DNA of 64,000 nucleotides from Octopus sinensis (taxonomy: Eukaryota). The stretch covers positions 68,200,001-68,264,000 of the forward strand of contig NC_043009.1 in NCBI RefSeq assembly GCF_006345805.1, in the 5' to 3' direction. Position 1 is the stretch's first letter. Every line of letters begins with the position of its first letter. Under the pieces are notes generated by a model. The model searched no databases, was not told where the DNA came from, and was given only the letters and a program-made list of their open reading frames with translations. Below are positions 22,998 to 37,697 of this stretch, one piece after another. Made by a program: the position numbers and the translations under genes.

Positions 22998-24701
22998 TTA
23001 TATATATGTATATTAGAAGACACTTGGAATATGATAGGCATCGAAGCCGAAATCTAATGGTTGCGAAGTGAGCTTCTGCATGTCGTAGCTATACTTGTGT
23101 CTCCTCCCACCCACCCACCCACACACACACATAAATATACGTATATACACACAGTCACACATAGATACATGCATGCATTCACAAATACAGACACATACAT
23201 ACCGTCATCATGTCTTTCAATCTACGGAGAAATAAGTAAATTGGCCCTGCTTTTTTTTTCTGTCTATTATATAGTTTACATATATGTATGTGGGTATTTA
23301 TGAATACATATATAAATTTAAACATCCCAAAGCTTGAGAAAGGGTGAAATGTGAAATGCAAACACATATAATGAATTACAATAAATAAAAAAAAACAATA
23401 GTGACGCTTTTGTGGATGAACCATTTTCCAGTTGAGAGCTTCTCGGAGATTTAAAGCCGGTTTCTTTCTTTATTTAGAAGCGTGGATCAACCGATATACA
23501 AGCAACACCTAAGTAGGTGGCCTATTTTGCATAATAATAGCTATTTCTGCGGCAGAACTGAAAATGTATTTAAAGACTAGAACGACTCCATGTAAGTGAA
23601 ATAAAAATATAATCAAATTTCTGCTCTGTTGTTGATGTCAAGGAAAAGAATTCAGCGAGCTCCCGAGGGATTTTTCACGGTTTGCTGACAGCTCCACAAA
23701 GAATATTTCGTTGACTTCCTTCCCCAGCATAGATTAGCGACTGTCTAAAGCAATAAAACAATCATTTGGTTTCTGTCCTTTCAGCATGCTTTTCAGCAAA
23801 CATTGCTTGGTTGAATACTTAAATACTGAACAACCATCATGTAACAACAAATTTGTTGATGCGTAACTTACTTCGTCGCTATTTTATTCAAAGATACTTC
23901 GTTGTAATAAACAAACGGACAAACTTCTGAACAAATATGATGATTTAAAGATCGCTTTATTAGTCTTGCCGTTGTTCCTGTTAAATTAAAATGCTTTCTC
24001 GAGTTTTGAAAAGGAATGCTATCGTCGAATGAAATCAATGAAATAAAATACTCGGACATATTTTATTAAGCAACAAAATTAAACTGTGTTATGCGCTGCA
24101 TTATAACAATGGACAACGCGACATTTACATAAGTGTTACTTCTGCTAGAAATAGCGCACAAATTTCAGTGAAATCAGAGCAGATTCCTTTAATAAAAGAT
24201 GAAGAAATTATTTGGTATTGCAGTCCTAATGAAAGACATGGTAATCATAAATGTATTTCTTATTACCTTGGGTACGATCGATAAGGGGTGTGCTCCTTGG
24301 CTAGACTGTTACGCAAACGTCTATAACAAGAATGACTAAACGACCGTAATTAACAGGTGACTGTTCCCGGAATCACACTGCTTTAATAATGCAAATACTG
24401 ACAGAAAACTTATATGACCAAATCAAGAATGTTTGATTTGATTAAGAAACATAAATCAAATTATATGACAACGGCTTATTATTGCACAAATATCTACAAG
24501 ATTTGACGGTTACAGTTAAGGAAGTGTCACCGTATCTTGAAATTTCACAGCATATAACTTGCTCGTATTTCCTGAACTATTCCAGGACTGATTCGGAACT
24601 GTCTTGAATTTCACTCTTGATACCTCAAAGCTCAAACAGACAATGGAAGACATTCTAAATTATGTTGGTATTCTAGGGAGTTTCTTGGCACTCGAAGATA
24701 C

Positions 24702-24801
<100 letters not shown>

Positions 24802-24983
24802 ATAGAAAGAAAGAGAGAGAGAGAGAGAAAGAAAGAGATATGGGAAATTGTACAATTATACATACATACATGTGTATATATATATATATTATATTATATT
24901 AGAGGAAAGTGAACATCAAAACCAAGGCAGGACAGGTATCTCAAATCATTTAGAATATTTAATTAGGGTAAGGTGAATCTGAA

Positions 24984-25059
24984 GTCTTACAGCTATTTCT
25001 CAGATATCCTGAGTGATAGCCTAGCATGTCCGTACACTGGGTATTCTGTCGTCAGAGAC
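24984..25059 (-). ncRNA. Candidate type I hammerhead ribozyme (long imperfect stem II)
   Basis: GTCT-CTGACGA-CAGAATACCCAGTG..CACTCAGGATATCTG-A-GAAA-TAGCTG-TA-AGAC. Perfect 4-bp stem I and near-palindromic stem III. The C-G first pair of stem II and the extra A are non-canonical. Confidence 0.5.
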
Positions 25060-25217
25060 AAGGTGAGTGTGTCTGAAAACTCTAGACAGGGAAATTCAGT
25101 TTATAAGGAATAAAATAATGAATACAATAATGAATAAAATATATATATATATATTTAATATATGATATATTTTATATATGATATTTTATATATGATATAT
25201 TTTATATATGATATATT

Positions 25218-25438
25218 TAAGGTGGCGAGCTGGCTGAAACGTTAGCACGCCGGGCGAAATGCTTAGAGGTATTTCGTCTGTCTTGACGTACTGAGTTCAA
25301 ATTCCGCCGAGCTCGACTTTGCCTTCTATCCTTTCGTGGTCGATAAATTAAGTACCCGTTGCGTACTGAGGTAGATCTAATCAAATGGCTTCCTCCCCAA
25401 AAATTTTGGGCCTTCTGCCCAGAGTAGAAAAGAATATA
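25218..25438 (+). mobile_element. SINE family B
   Basis: AAGGTGGCGAGCTGGCTGAAACGTTAGCACGCCGGGCG head, GAGTTCAAATTCC B box, tail ..AGAGTAGAAAAGAAT. Confidence 0.85.
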
Positions 25439-28400
25439 TAACATATACATAAATATCAGATATGTATATATCTGTGTATATATATATTCATATGAATATA
25501 TGCATTCGGAAATATACATATGTGTATATAATTATGTATATATGCATATATAAATAGAGATAGATAGATAGATAGATACGTGTGTGTTGGTGTGGGTGTT
25601 TATTTCGTGCAACAACATTTCATGCGCCTATTATTCTTGCAAGTGAAGATAATGGATATTCCGAGTAATGGTTTATACTTTTTCAACCAATTGAAGTCGC
25701 TCGTGGCCATAAACATAAAAGAAACTCTCTTTGTTAAAATATTCTTAGACTTTTTACAGAAAATATATTTGCGTGTTTCCATAAGTTGTATTCACTGTTT
25801 CTTCTTTTTTTTTTTCTTTATCATTTTCTTTGATTAGAAATCATACCGGAATACAATACTGCCGCAATTACAGTAGGTACTGGATGCGGGATAAATACAA
25901 TTGGAATCGTATTTACATGATTATGTATGTGAGTGTATGCAAATCTTCAGATATCGCTTTCAAGTAATTCTAGATAATCCTAGGTGCTGCACAATACATA
26001 CATTAGACTCGATATTTACCATGTGATTACTACTGGGGTGTATTACATCTATACAAAGAATCATATGCCTACTACATACTCATATCTATATATATAATAT
26101 ACACGTTAGGATACGGATGAGTATATATATAATTCTACTGTGGAGTGGAGGAAAGAGAGTATCACCCAGAAGTCTTTATTCGATCATACGACTCCATGAA
26201 TTACTTCTGAACAGTACTTATTTCGTAGTTTTCTACTTGCCGAGGCGTTATGTAAAGGTATGTAAAGGAACAATAACGGACGATACGCGCTGGGTTTTAG
26301 ACAGCAAACATAAACACACGAAGAAGAGCATAAACGCAAATTTAGAAGAATGGGGAAAGTTTAGGTTTGAGTATTTGGGTAGATTTCGGCTGGAGAAACG
26401 GAAATATTTCTCTGACGATACAGTTGGGTTGTTAAGATAATTGCTGGCGCATCAACATTTTCAATTTGATTATCAATCGGTGTCTCTTTCAATTATGTTT
26501 TTATCAAATGTATATTGTCATGCATGAATAAAGAAAATCTATTGCTGTGTTTCCTTGGTAACATGCGTTTCTTTCTCGATACGGAAAACATTGTGTGAAT
26601 AGTTTCTAACTTTAAAGAATATGTTTAATGAAAGGCTCTCAAAAATCGCGTCTCTTTCAAATATTGTCATTGAGCTGCCCCAAGAAAGGAATAAACACGC
26701 TTTCCCCATTTCATTCTTGGTGCATATATATTCCTGGGTAACCTTACACAATCTGATTTCAATCTCATATATACTTGAAGTGTTATGCCTTCTGTCTGCG
26801 AGCAATATCAGAAAGTGATGAGCCAGGTACAGCAGAAGCCGATTCATAGTCTGAGGGCAGATCAGGCTGTGTTGCTAGAAAATTTGCTTTGTTAATAGGG
26901 GATATAGCTCGATTCTACTGGTTAGAATATCGTACAAGAATCTAGTCTTCTACTACAGTCTGCAGTTGACCGAAACCTTCTGACCAGGATTTGTTAGACG
27001 AAAACTGTGTGGACGCATTTCGGTATGACTGTTTCGTGTTTGGGATATGATGAATAATGCACCTTCCTGCTTAGTTCTGCTACGTGACTTTGTGTGGATT
27101 AAATGGAGTCCACTTCGTTGTGATTGGAACAGGTCTTTCGCCAGAGCAAGTCAGGTATTCTCTCATCCCTTTCCTCCAACAATCTCGGAGGTTCTAAAAA
27201 TGACTTTGGAAGCTAGTGAACTTCACACAAGTAGCCACAAAATATTCGATTGCTCTTTAATAGTCAATTGTTCCTAAATCCGTTTTGAGAACAACTGTCA
27301 CATATTTTGTTCTGAATATGAATCTTCTAGAAGAGAGGAGCGATGTAGGTTACCCTTGTTTGGCTCACGGTTCAAACCGTTTCACACAACGTTAGATTAT
27401 ATACAATGCTATTTCTAAAGATGTTAGCATGCGAAACTTAGTGTTCAACACTGGTAGTGGTCTAATAACAGCCAATAGTTTGTCTCTTGCCGAGGGTTAT
27501 CGCGCATTTCAGTTGAGATCATGTTGGATGTATTTCATGTGTGTTATGGATACAGAAATAGAAAGAGTAACAGAAAGAAAAGATGAGAGAGTATGAGAGG
27601 AGACAATGTGACGTAGGTAAATAGGCAGAGAATAGTTGCGAATTAAAATGGGGAAAATAACGAAAGATTAGCCAAACACCCATGTATTTGTACCATGTTG
27701 CCATCCATGTTGCATTATATTGATGACTGAAGTAACTTGCGGCATTAGAGTGCAAATAATTGCAAATAGATTACTTCATGGTGAAAGAATTCAAACTCTT
27801 CCCAACCGTAATTTCTTCCAAATTCTCGAAGATGACTTGCCGTAAATATTTCTAACTGTAATTTATCGGAATAAAAGTCGTTGAGAATAAAAAAAAATCC
27901 CGTTTGATATTATAACATTTATCTATGAGCTTATCATGTGCCTACTCCACATAAATATTCAGCGAGAGTTTCTTCAAATGTATGTATGGTTTTGATAGAA
28001 CATGAATTAAGATTTCTGTCGAACCGGTCGCTTTGATTTCTCCATAACATATATGAGATGTAATAAATCCCTTCCAGTTCCATAAGTTTGAAATTCATAT
28101 TTTCCTATTAATTTATAAAGATCGCGTTCCTATGTTTCAAGTAGAGTCCTTTATTTTTATGTGTTTCAATGAGATATCAGTTGGTAACTTAAGACTTCAC
28201 ATATAATTGAACTCTGACGTTCGCATAAAACCTCTTTACTGTTTCTTTTATGAGATTAAAAAAAAAACAGTTTGGATCGAGTTTTAAAAGTCATAGTGTG
28301 ATTCTGAAATAAAACAATACAAAACCAAAGCAGAAAAAGATTATTTCGCCACTCGTAAATCTTAATGATAAAGCACCACGTGCTTTCATCTCTATAGACA

Positions 28401-28918
28401 GAAGATTTATTTAATTTATTTTTCTTCAATAACACCAGGTATAACCTCTAGTTATTCCTTCTTTGCATTTCCGTCAAACTAGATTTCGTTGACACTAATT
28501 TCCTGCAAGTTAGAAACCATTTTCAACGTGTGTTCTCACACGATCGGTGAAGGCTGTAGAATATATTTATTGGTGTCAGATGGAGTTTGATGCCACTAAC
28601 TTCATGTGTAATAGAAACTGAATTGCAATATTATGTTAAAAGAAAAACACTTTGACTGGAAAATAAGAAGAAACTTCATCTTCGGATCAATGCAAATTGT
28701 TGTTTATTTCCCCACCTCTCATCTCTATTTCTGTTACTTAAGAAGAATCCCAAAGGATGAATTATGGAATTACACTTTACTTTCGATCTAAAATTGGAAA
28801 CGACAAAAGCAGTAGAATGGCAAATATATCAAACGTAACAGGAGAGTGAACCGTGAAGAGACACACGGACACATACAATAGATTCGTCTACTAATACGCC
28901 AATGAATGTATACGCTAC

Positions 28919-28962
<44 letters not shown>

Positions 28963-28992
28963 TATATATATATTCTTTTTTTCTTCTTTTCT

Positions 28993-29577
<585 letters not shown>

Positions 29578-30432
29578 AAATTGACAAGAAACAAAAGTTA
29601 ACACAAAATAATAAGAAGGAGAAAAAAAGAAAAATAATAACTAAAGAAATAAAACCAAAAATGCAACAAATAGTGCAACTCTACAAACATAATGAGATGC
29701 AAAAGACAAAATATGAACGAAGAATGTAATTGTCGCCTATTTTACGTCTCCTCATTGTAGACAATGTATTCCTTGAGAAATTCACCACTTCTCTTTGCAA
29801 ACGGTATATTGTTCAATATAAGACTATAGGCATTGACTGTAATAAGTTTCATAACTTCATGCGACCATTAGAAATAGTTTGTGTTATTCTACTTTTTAAT
29901 GCATCAGCTTTCTTACACATCGTCGTCTTGTTATTCTCTAATTAGGAACATCATCCTCTTTGTTTTCAAAATATCTTGCTTGCCTCCAAAACACATCTTT
30001 ATTTGTGACGGTAATTATTTAACCTGAGGACGTGTTGATGGGTCAGGCACATGTTCAAGTTTTTCCAATAGTAAATATTACTTTCGTTTGTAGTTTTAAT
30101 AATACATTAGACATTTTTTATTCTAGAATGTAATTTTAGAAAATTTGCTTGATATTTCTAGCATACAGATGACCATGTGAAGGCACTTATATAGACTCGT
30201 CTTTCAACAATTAACAATTTCGAAATTTAAAAACTGGAAGGATACCCGGCGTTTCCTGAAGATATTTCTTAACTTTGTTTTGATGGCGTTTTACGTTACC
30301 CTGTTCTCTTAGTGTGGATACAAATAAGGTTGAGTTTGCTTTTCATTCTTTTGAAGCTGATAGTGTCTCACTGTATTTGAGTCGATTCTTCCATCTAAAT
30401 CTCCTTCTCTCCTTTCGTCTGTCTATCTGTCT

Positions 30433-30534
30433 GAAGAAGAAGAAGAAGAAGAAGAAGAAGAAGAAGAAGAAGAAGAAGAAGAAGAAGAAGAAGAAGAAGA
30501 AGAAGAAGAAGAAGAAGAAGAAGAAGAAGAAGAA
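30433..30534. repeat. (GAA)n microsatellite, about 34 units
   Basis: Uninterrupted GAA run. Confidence 0.97.
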
Positions 30535-32428
30535 ATGTCATGAAACTCCTCTCGCTGGTGTGTTTGGTGGACGTAGGGCAGTTATTTACGTTTAATCAGT
30601 ACTTTATCTGAAAAAAGTTTATGGAATCATGTAGAACGACATATCCTCCAAAAGGAATCGAAAAGTCTGCGTCGGATGAGGTTTCCAGGAGTGTAGCAAT
30701 ATTAACGTTTCTGTGTATAAAAATATAAATGATCAAAATATCATTAAGGTAAATGAAAAGAGAACATCGTCAAATCTTAACATTATTGTAAACCATTGCA
30801 AAAATTTACCTTTCGAAGCCTGGCATTATCGCCGATTTGGATGAACAAGATATATTACATAATTCAAGACCGTCTTATAGTCTCCTATGTAAAATAATCT
30901 CTCAGAGAATGTAACACCTTCGGATAATTGTCTATCAATAGGCGACAATTACCTAAAATATAACCATACAGCAATCCAGGATTTCTAATCCCGTCTTCCA
31001 AAGGGCAACATCATCAAACACACACGGACACATGATTCGAGATACATTTAATGTATTTATGAATGGCTAAATTATGCAATGTCTAGGAATTAAATGAAAC
31101 TGTAGATTTTACAAATTGAAATATCGTTAAAAAATTATTATTCGAGACAGTTCATTTCTACTACAGTATAACTGTTAAATATGAGCTGAATGCTGTGACT
31201 GAGTAATATTTGAATCTAAAAAGACTAATCTTAGGAGACAGTGACTGTATGTGATTAATTCCTAGAAGGTGTGTATAGTTGTCTTATAAACCTCAGAGCA
31301 CGATATTATTCGACCCCGAATAGATGAAATGCAAATTTGACTCTACTTTGACAAGTTAAAAGATTTGAAAAAAGGAGAAAATACAGATTGCAGATTGTAA
31401 TTTTTTTTATATATATAATGAAAATGAGAAGATATTTTGTGATGTTCTGGGCCTCTGTAACACAATGTTTACAAGAAAACAGAGTGGAAGTCGTTTGTCT
31501 TATTCCAATGCTGGCTCTCGAAGCAATTCTACTAAAAACACTCACGAACCAGATTGTGCGATATGGGGCGAAGGAATAGAACTACCATTCTACAATAAGC
31601 TTACTTGATAGGATATTAGCCATGTAAATTGCGAGATTTGTTTTGGATCAAGATTTGAAACTGTATCAGATTTGATATGCACCCGTATATATTACGAGAT
31701 ATACTCCGATCGAACAGAGTAATTGGCCCGTTTTCAATTTCCGGTTCAAGCTGCTTAATTCTACTTTGGCATTTAATAAATACTCCAGAGGATGTAATAA
31801 ACATTGCACGCATCCCAATGTACATAGAGAAAAGAAAAACAATGTGTTCCAAGCTGAAAGCAACGACAATTGGAATACTCCGTCTTAAATAAAATTATCC
31901 AACTGAAAATTTGTGGTTGTGTATCTCGCCGCTACATGTCTTATTTGCAGAATTTAATTATGAAGACTACAAAACGACAGATCCGTAGAAAGATCGCATT
32001 CAAATACACATGGTTAGCTACTCAATATTAAAATGTTTAAATTTTTATTACAACATTCTTTTAATGAAACTATTATATAAGGTGCCTGTGAGTTTCCTGA
32101 TTCAATGTCAATTGTTCTTTGCTAAAGAAAAATCAAATCTTATGTGCATCTGTTTTGGAAATTCAGTTGACATAAATGGTTCCAATTGAGGAAGAATTTG
32201 GTGTGTGCTGTATTTTAAGTTATACTTTACTTTTTCGCGTGACAACTCGATTGATAAATATAAACGATGATGTTTATATTTATACAGACGTAAAAATGCT
32301 TCCGAAAACTAATGGTTATGTGTTTGCAAGGTTTGTGTGTGCGCGTGGAGAGAACGAGAGTGAGAGAGGGGTGGGCGAACAAAAGGAAAGACTACCCAAC
32401 CCGTTTTCTAGAACTTATATTTATTTAA

Positions 32429-32633
32429 TACAGTTCTATATTTAAGAGATGAGAAATTATGAATATTATTTACGTTATTTACATTTGACGGATATTTGTC
32501 CTCATCTGATGAAGGCTGGAGGGTATATTAGCCGAAAAGTTGAGTTAACAACAAACACGATGAGGACAAATATCCGTCAAAGTGTATGTGTGTGTGTGTG
32601 TATGTGTGTGTAATACTACGTCAAATGTAAATG
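32429..32633. mobile_element. Inverted PLE terminal-repeat junction with hammerhead core
   Basis: Perfect 23-bp IR TTTGACGGATATTTGTCCTCATC (32484-32506) / GATGAGGACAAATATCCGTCAAA (32559-32581) encloses CTGATGA-A-GGCTG..TAGCC-GAAA-AGTT. Same family as 20261-20905. Confidence 0.8.
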
Positions 32634-33961
32634 AGGATAATGAAAGCTTCGCATCATTATACCCAAAGTAGATGTGGAAGCAACCCTGGCTGATACTTTA
32701 AGTGATATGTCCTTTATTGCGAAAACAAGAAGTCATACGTGTAATTTTTAAAAGAGGAGGCTTCGCAAATTCGAATTCCCATGCTAGTTCCGTTAATTGT
32801 CTCGTCCTCTTTGCCAGGAGTTATTCTGGAGCAGTGTGACGAGGTTCCCCTTCCAAGTATTACCACATCATCGTCTTGTGTGGATGCGGCTGCGGCTGAA
32901 TGTAACCTGGAAACATGTAGCTAGCGGCTGGCTAGCAGAGATACGAACCTTTGATTCATGACGAGGAGACTACTCTTCATGGGGATGGTGAGGGTTTCAC
33001 AGATATCACAGTAGAAATGCATATTGATCTTCAGAATATAACGCTCTGCAGAGTAATTTGGACAGAATGTTAATTGATGAAGGGAAATTAGGACACGAAC
33101 ATATGAACTAGGAATGGTGCGAAGTCGAATAGTGAGTTGCTCTTATCCCACCTACATGGCCACTTCTCAACCGTTTTTGGTTTAATGAAGACCCCCTGTG
33201 CCCTTATCTCAGATATCGAATAGCAGCTTAGAGACGTTCTCATAAGATCAACCCAGGTTTTAGGTGGCTGCATTGATTGCGTTCCTTGCCATTTACGTAT
33301 TTGTTTTGAAATTATTCCTTACGTTCATTTGGCCAATTACCAGGTGTATGTTCGAGGGATTTCTTTTTGTGGATGATTACCTGATGCTCTTCATCTTGCA
33401 GTTTTTGTTACTTTTCTCGGAAAATATTTGGATTTCTCAAAGTTTTGCACGTTATTTCAATTGCCTGCATAAATTCCGACTTTCTTTTGTGGAAATATCT
33501 TGTAAATACATTCAGCTAATGCACTTCTTTTTAAGTTACGATGAAAACGCAAATGATTTTCATATCTATTTGCACACTTATTACCTTGTCCTTTAATATA
33601 ACAGCAATTATCCTAAGCTATCAACAAAAGTATAAAGATCGATAGAAACGCTCCTCAACGTTTGATCTGTTAATCGTAATTTTTAGTAAATGACGGTAAC
33701 ATCCGTAAGCTTTATAAACTCACCATTAAAAACTTTAGGCTTTCATGTGCTGCGTTCGCCATACACTGTTTACATATTTTATATGTTTATATAGAAAATA
33801 TAATTAATTTCTATACAGTAGACTGTATGATGTCTTTCATACTCTGTTGAATTCCATCGTCTGACTTGGCTTATCTGAGAAGTTATCGACCGAAGTAACT
33901 GAAGATGTGTGGGCTTCTTTAGCAATGTTATTTAATAATATTTAATAATAGTATTTAATGA

Positions 33962-34128
33962 TAAGTTCAAATTCCGCCGAGGTCGACTTTGCCTTTCATC
34001 CTTTCGGGGTCGATTAAATAAGTACCAGTTACGCACTGGGGTCGATGTAATCGACTTAATCCGTTTGTCTGTCCTTGTTTGTCCCCTCTATGTGTAGCCC
34101 CTTATGGGTAGTAAAGAAATGGGTATTT
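33962..34128 (+). mobile_element. 5'-truncated SINE family B
   Basis: Starts at AGTTCAAATTCCGCCGAGGTCGAC and ends GGGTAGTAAAGAAATGGGTATTT. Confidence 0.85.
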
Positions 34129-35015
34129 AATAATATAATTACTGAATGGCACTTATGAAAAGTGTGGGTAGAATTCATGGTAGCTAAGTCTTGATTCTGT
34201 TTAGATTCCTCATCGATACATTGTTGTGAGACTAATGAGATCCTAAATCTTGGCTGTTAGCCGATTGAGATTAAAGGTTTTTTAAAAAAGAATTCTTCTC
34301 TGGATCAGATAATGTATTCGCATGGGAGAATCTAGTGAGGCTGCTCAGGTATCACATTAGAGAACGATGGTGTGAAAAAAGGGAAACACTTAAATATTAA
34401 TAGCAGAATATAATATGAAAATAATGGCGTTTAGTTTTTATGAATCTTAATGAATCTCGTCGCGTGGAACAAATGGGTTTCCTGTCGTCATTTACTGTTA
34501 TATAAAGCTTCTGACTAACAGCATCTACTTACAGTTTGTGTCAAATAATATCTTCAGTCATATGAAGATATAAAAGGAGTATTGTTTACACATTTCTATT
34601 CTCCAAACGATAACCGGTTGACAGCAGCTGATTGGTGAATAGCAGTCTATGGCAGACATTTGAAACTCTTCACCAGGTTTAATACTGTTAAAAGATGTAT
34701 TGAAATTTTATAATACGCCTTAGAAAAGTCAGTCCATATTGATTCTATAAGTATAATGATAGAGCGAATAATATAGTTTACGTGCATTTGTATAGAAAAG
34801 CCTTAAGACTCAGATCTAGTTGTATGCTCCCATGTACAACCTGAAACAAATCTTTTTGTAAAACTTTAAATGGAATCAGACGTTTTCTAAATTGATATAT
34901 GATAGCTTCGGTAATATTGATAAGTTAAACAGAACAATCGCCATTTGTTTGGCATACTTTTCGTCTTTCTTTCGCTTTGACATTTTTGCTTACCTCCTCC
35001 TCCCTCTCCTCCTCA

Positions 35016-35095
<80 letters not shown>
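35016..35095. repeat. (CTA)n microsatellite
   Basis: Tandem CTA with one interruption. Confidence 0.95.
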
Positions 35096-35249
35096 CAGTA
35101 CTGCTATTATAAATTTGTCTCTGTTGTGTGAACACAGCGTTGGTTTTCTCTCTTGGAAATACAATTTATTCAAGTATTGTAAAATCGAATTTTCCTTGGA
35201 GAACTTTACTTTAAGTAAAACAAACAACAAAAAAATAATAATCAACTCT

Positions 35250-35326
35250 CTCTTTTACTTGTTTCAGTCATTTGACTTTGGCCATGCTGGAGCACCGCCT
35301 TTTTTAGTCGAGCAAATCTACCCCAG
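35250..35326 (-). mobile_element. SINE family A tail fragment
   Basis: TTTTACTTGTTTCAGTCATTTGACTTTGGCCATGCTGGAGCACCGCC. Confidence 0.8.
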
Positions 35327-36323
35327 GTGGGACCCAATTAGAATTTTCTTCACAACGTGTAGCCCATCCCACTCAAATGGTCCTTGAATAATGGTTGTTT
35401 AATTATGTTGAACGAACCACCCATGTTTTCAGAGGTGAATTATTCAAATCCCAAAGAATTCCTCTCAACACATGGCTATAATGCTCCTCCACTACTTCTG
35501 CTCGTGATCAGAGATGCACATATCGTCAGCAACAAGAGGACATGCTCAACTGGTTATGGTGAAGCAACTCACAAGCAAATCTATGGTATTGAGCAGAATA
35601 TTTACTGTAGCCCATCTTTTATACCAAGACAAAACAATGTACATGATAACACTTCCTGTTAGTTAGGAACAGAAGCCATGAGAGCCACTGCCTGGTACTG
35701 CATCAGGGCATTTATTATTATCATCATTATTATTGAGTGAGAGAGCAGTGCATGCCATCGAAGTGACACTGGGGTAAAGTATACGAAGCCCAGTATACCC
35801 ATCATAACTACCCGTCTGATAAGAGTACACTAGGCACATGCATCACAGCCATATGTGCGCGACATGTTGATCTAATATCAAGATAAACAGCACATGACCA
35901 TGCGGGTGGGCCCAGTTAGAAGTTTCTTCAGGTTGAGTATCCCATCCCGCTCAAAAGGTCCCTGAATAAGGGTTGTTTAAGGATGTTGAACGAAGTACCC
36001 ATGTTTCCAAATGTGAATTATCCAAACCTCCAAGAATTCCTTTCAACACACGGCTATGATGCTCCCCTACTATTTCTGCTCGTGATCAGAGATGCACATA
36101 TCGTCAGCCACTAAGGGACATGCTTAACTGGTTACGGTCAAACAACTGACAAGCAAATCTGTTTTAATGAGTAGAACATTTGCTGTAGCCCATCTTTTAT
36201 ACCAAGACAAAGCAATGTACATAATAACACTTCCAATCAGTTACGATCAGAAGCCATGAGAGCCACTGTCTGGTAATGCATCAGGGCATTTAGCTACTGT
36301 CTGGTATTGCATCAGGGCATTTA
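35324..36323. mobile_element. Tandem pair (partial plus complete) of an unclassified about 590-bp repeat bounded by (ATT)n
   Basis: 35324-35712 repeats about 35905-36292 (for example CTTCTGCTCGTGATCAGAGATGCACATATCGTCAGC). An extra 30-bp terminal duplication lies at 36293-36323, then (ATT)n runs to about 36420. Confidence 0.75.
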
Positions 36324-36338
36324 TGATTATTATTATTA

Positions 36339-36407
<69 letters not shown>

Positions 36408-37697
36408 TATTATTATTATCATTTTTCAGTTTGGATTTTTGTTTTTACATTTTCCTTTGATAACTGGGATTTTCATTCGAAATAATATTGTCGGTAATAT
36501 TGTCTCGTTCTGTAAGTCGAAATAACGAGATATATCTATTGAATTAGAAATCAATTGTCCATTTGAAAGAGGGAAATACAGGCAATTTACTGAAAGACAT
36601 AATACAATGCAAACGACAATATATGGCATAGATATTAAGCGATTACAAAGGAAAACATTTCAAGGAAAACGAAGACGAAACCAGAAAAAGAAAACATCCA
36701 TAAAACAAACGAAATATAAAATAAAAATATAAATATAAAATAATATTAAAAGAGTTTTCAATTTACTTTTGCACTTAGTGCCATTTTGCATATATTTGGA
36801 ATGTAATTGGAAATGATGTTTAATATTTATGGACGTGTGTGTATGTTTTGCTTTGGCGATTTCATATAATCTTCAGCAGCTGTTGCTTCCAAATCTGTAA
36901 AGAAATAGATGTAATTATAGTTAGATATGTTTCTTTTTTATTATTTCAATGTTATGTTATACATGGAGAAACATGAAACCTGTTTTTGCTTCTGTATACT
37001 ATTTGAAGCAACATAAATCTACCCCCGATTGAATAGAAACTGATAATATGATAATAGCTCGATCGGGATTCGAAACCGTATAGCAAGCACAATTACTACA
37101 GAGAGAAGGGAAGAAATTAATGAGAATATAAGGCTGTGTGTACCTACTTTCTTTTAATTCTGCGTCTATGTATACAAGTATTTGAGGGGGTGCGAATGCG
37201 AGTGTATATATGTTATTTGCGTATGAGCGGTTGTGTATTATTTAGTGAAATTGTGAGCTTTGTAAAGAGCAAGAGTGCCTTCCCTGAGGCCTTCAACTTC
37301 TTGACCGAGTCGTAGGGGTGAAGGCGTCATGACTCGTGACTGCTTTGGACATTTTATTCCTGTAAGAGTCAATCTGTCAACAGATCTGATCACAGCCAGG
37401 AATGGTGTAAGAGAAAGTGACCACTCCAATACAAGACACACTTTTTTTTAAGGATCTCGAAAGAAGGAAATGCAAAATTGTGCTCACCGTGATTTGAGAT
37501 CATAGCACAGAGAAATGGAATTACTGGAATGATTACAGCAAAGCAGTCTATTGGTCACAGTAATGACTCTCTCAAGAAGACTTTTTATGGAACGGTTACT
37601 CTCGAAGCAGATAAAACTATTAAATGATACGGTTAAAAGGCTGCATGTGAGACTCGAACCTATATCTCTTGTAAACATGCCAGGCGTTCAGCCAATG

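Noticed and set aside
31415-31610. KIFCDVLGLC (saposin-end-like) frame and nearby possible short exons
   Set aside because: No credible acceptor, no other saposin cysteines, and only a short chance-level similarity.
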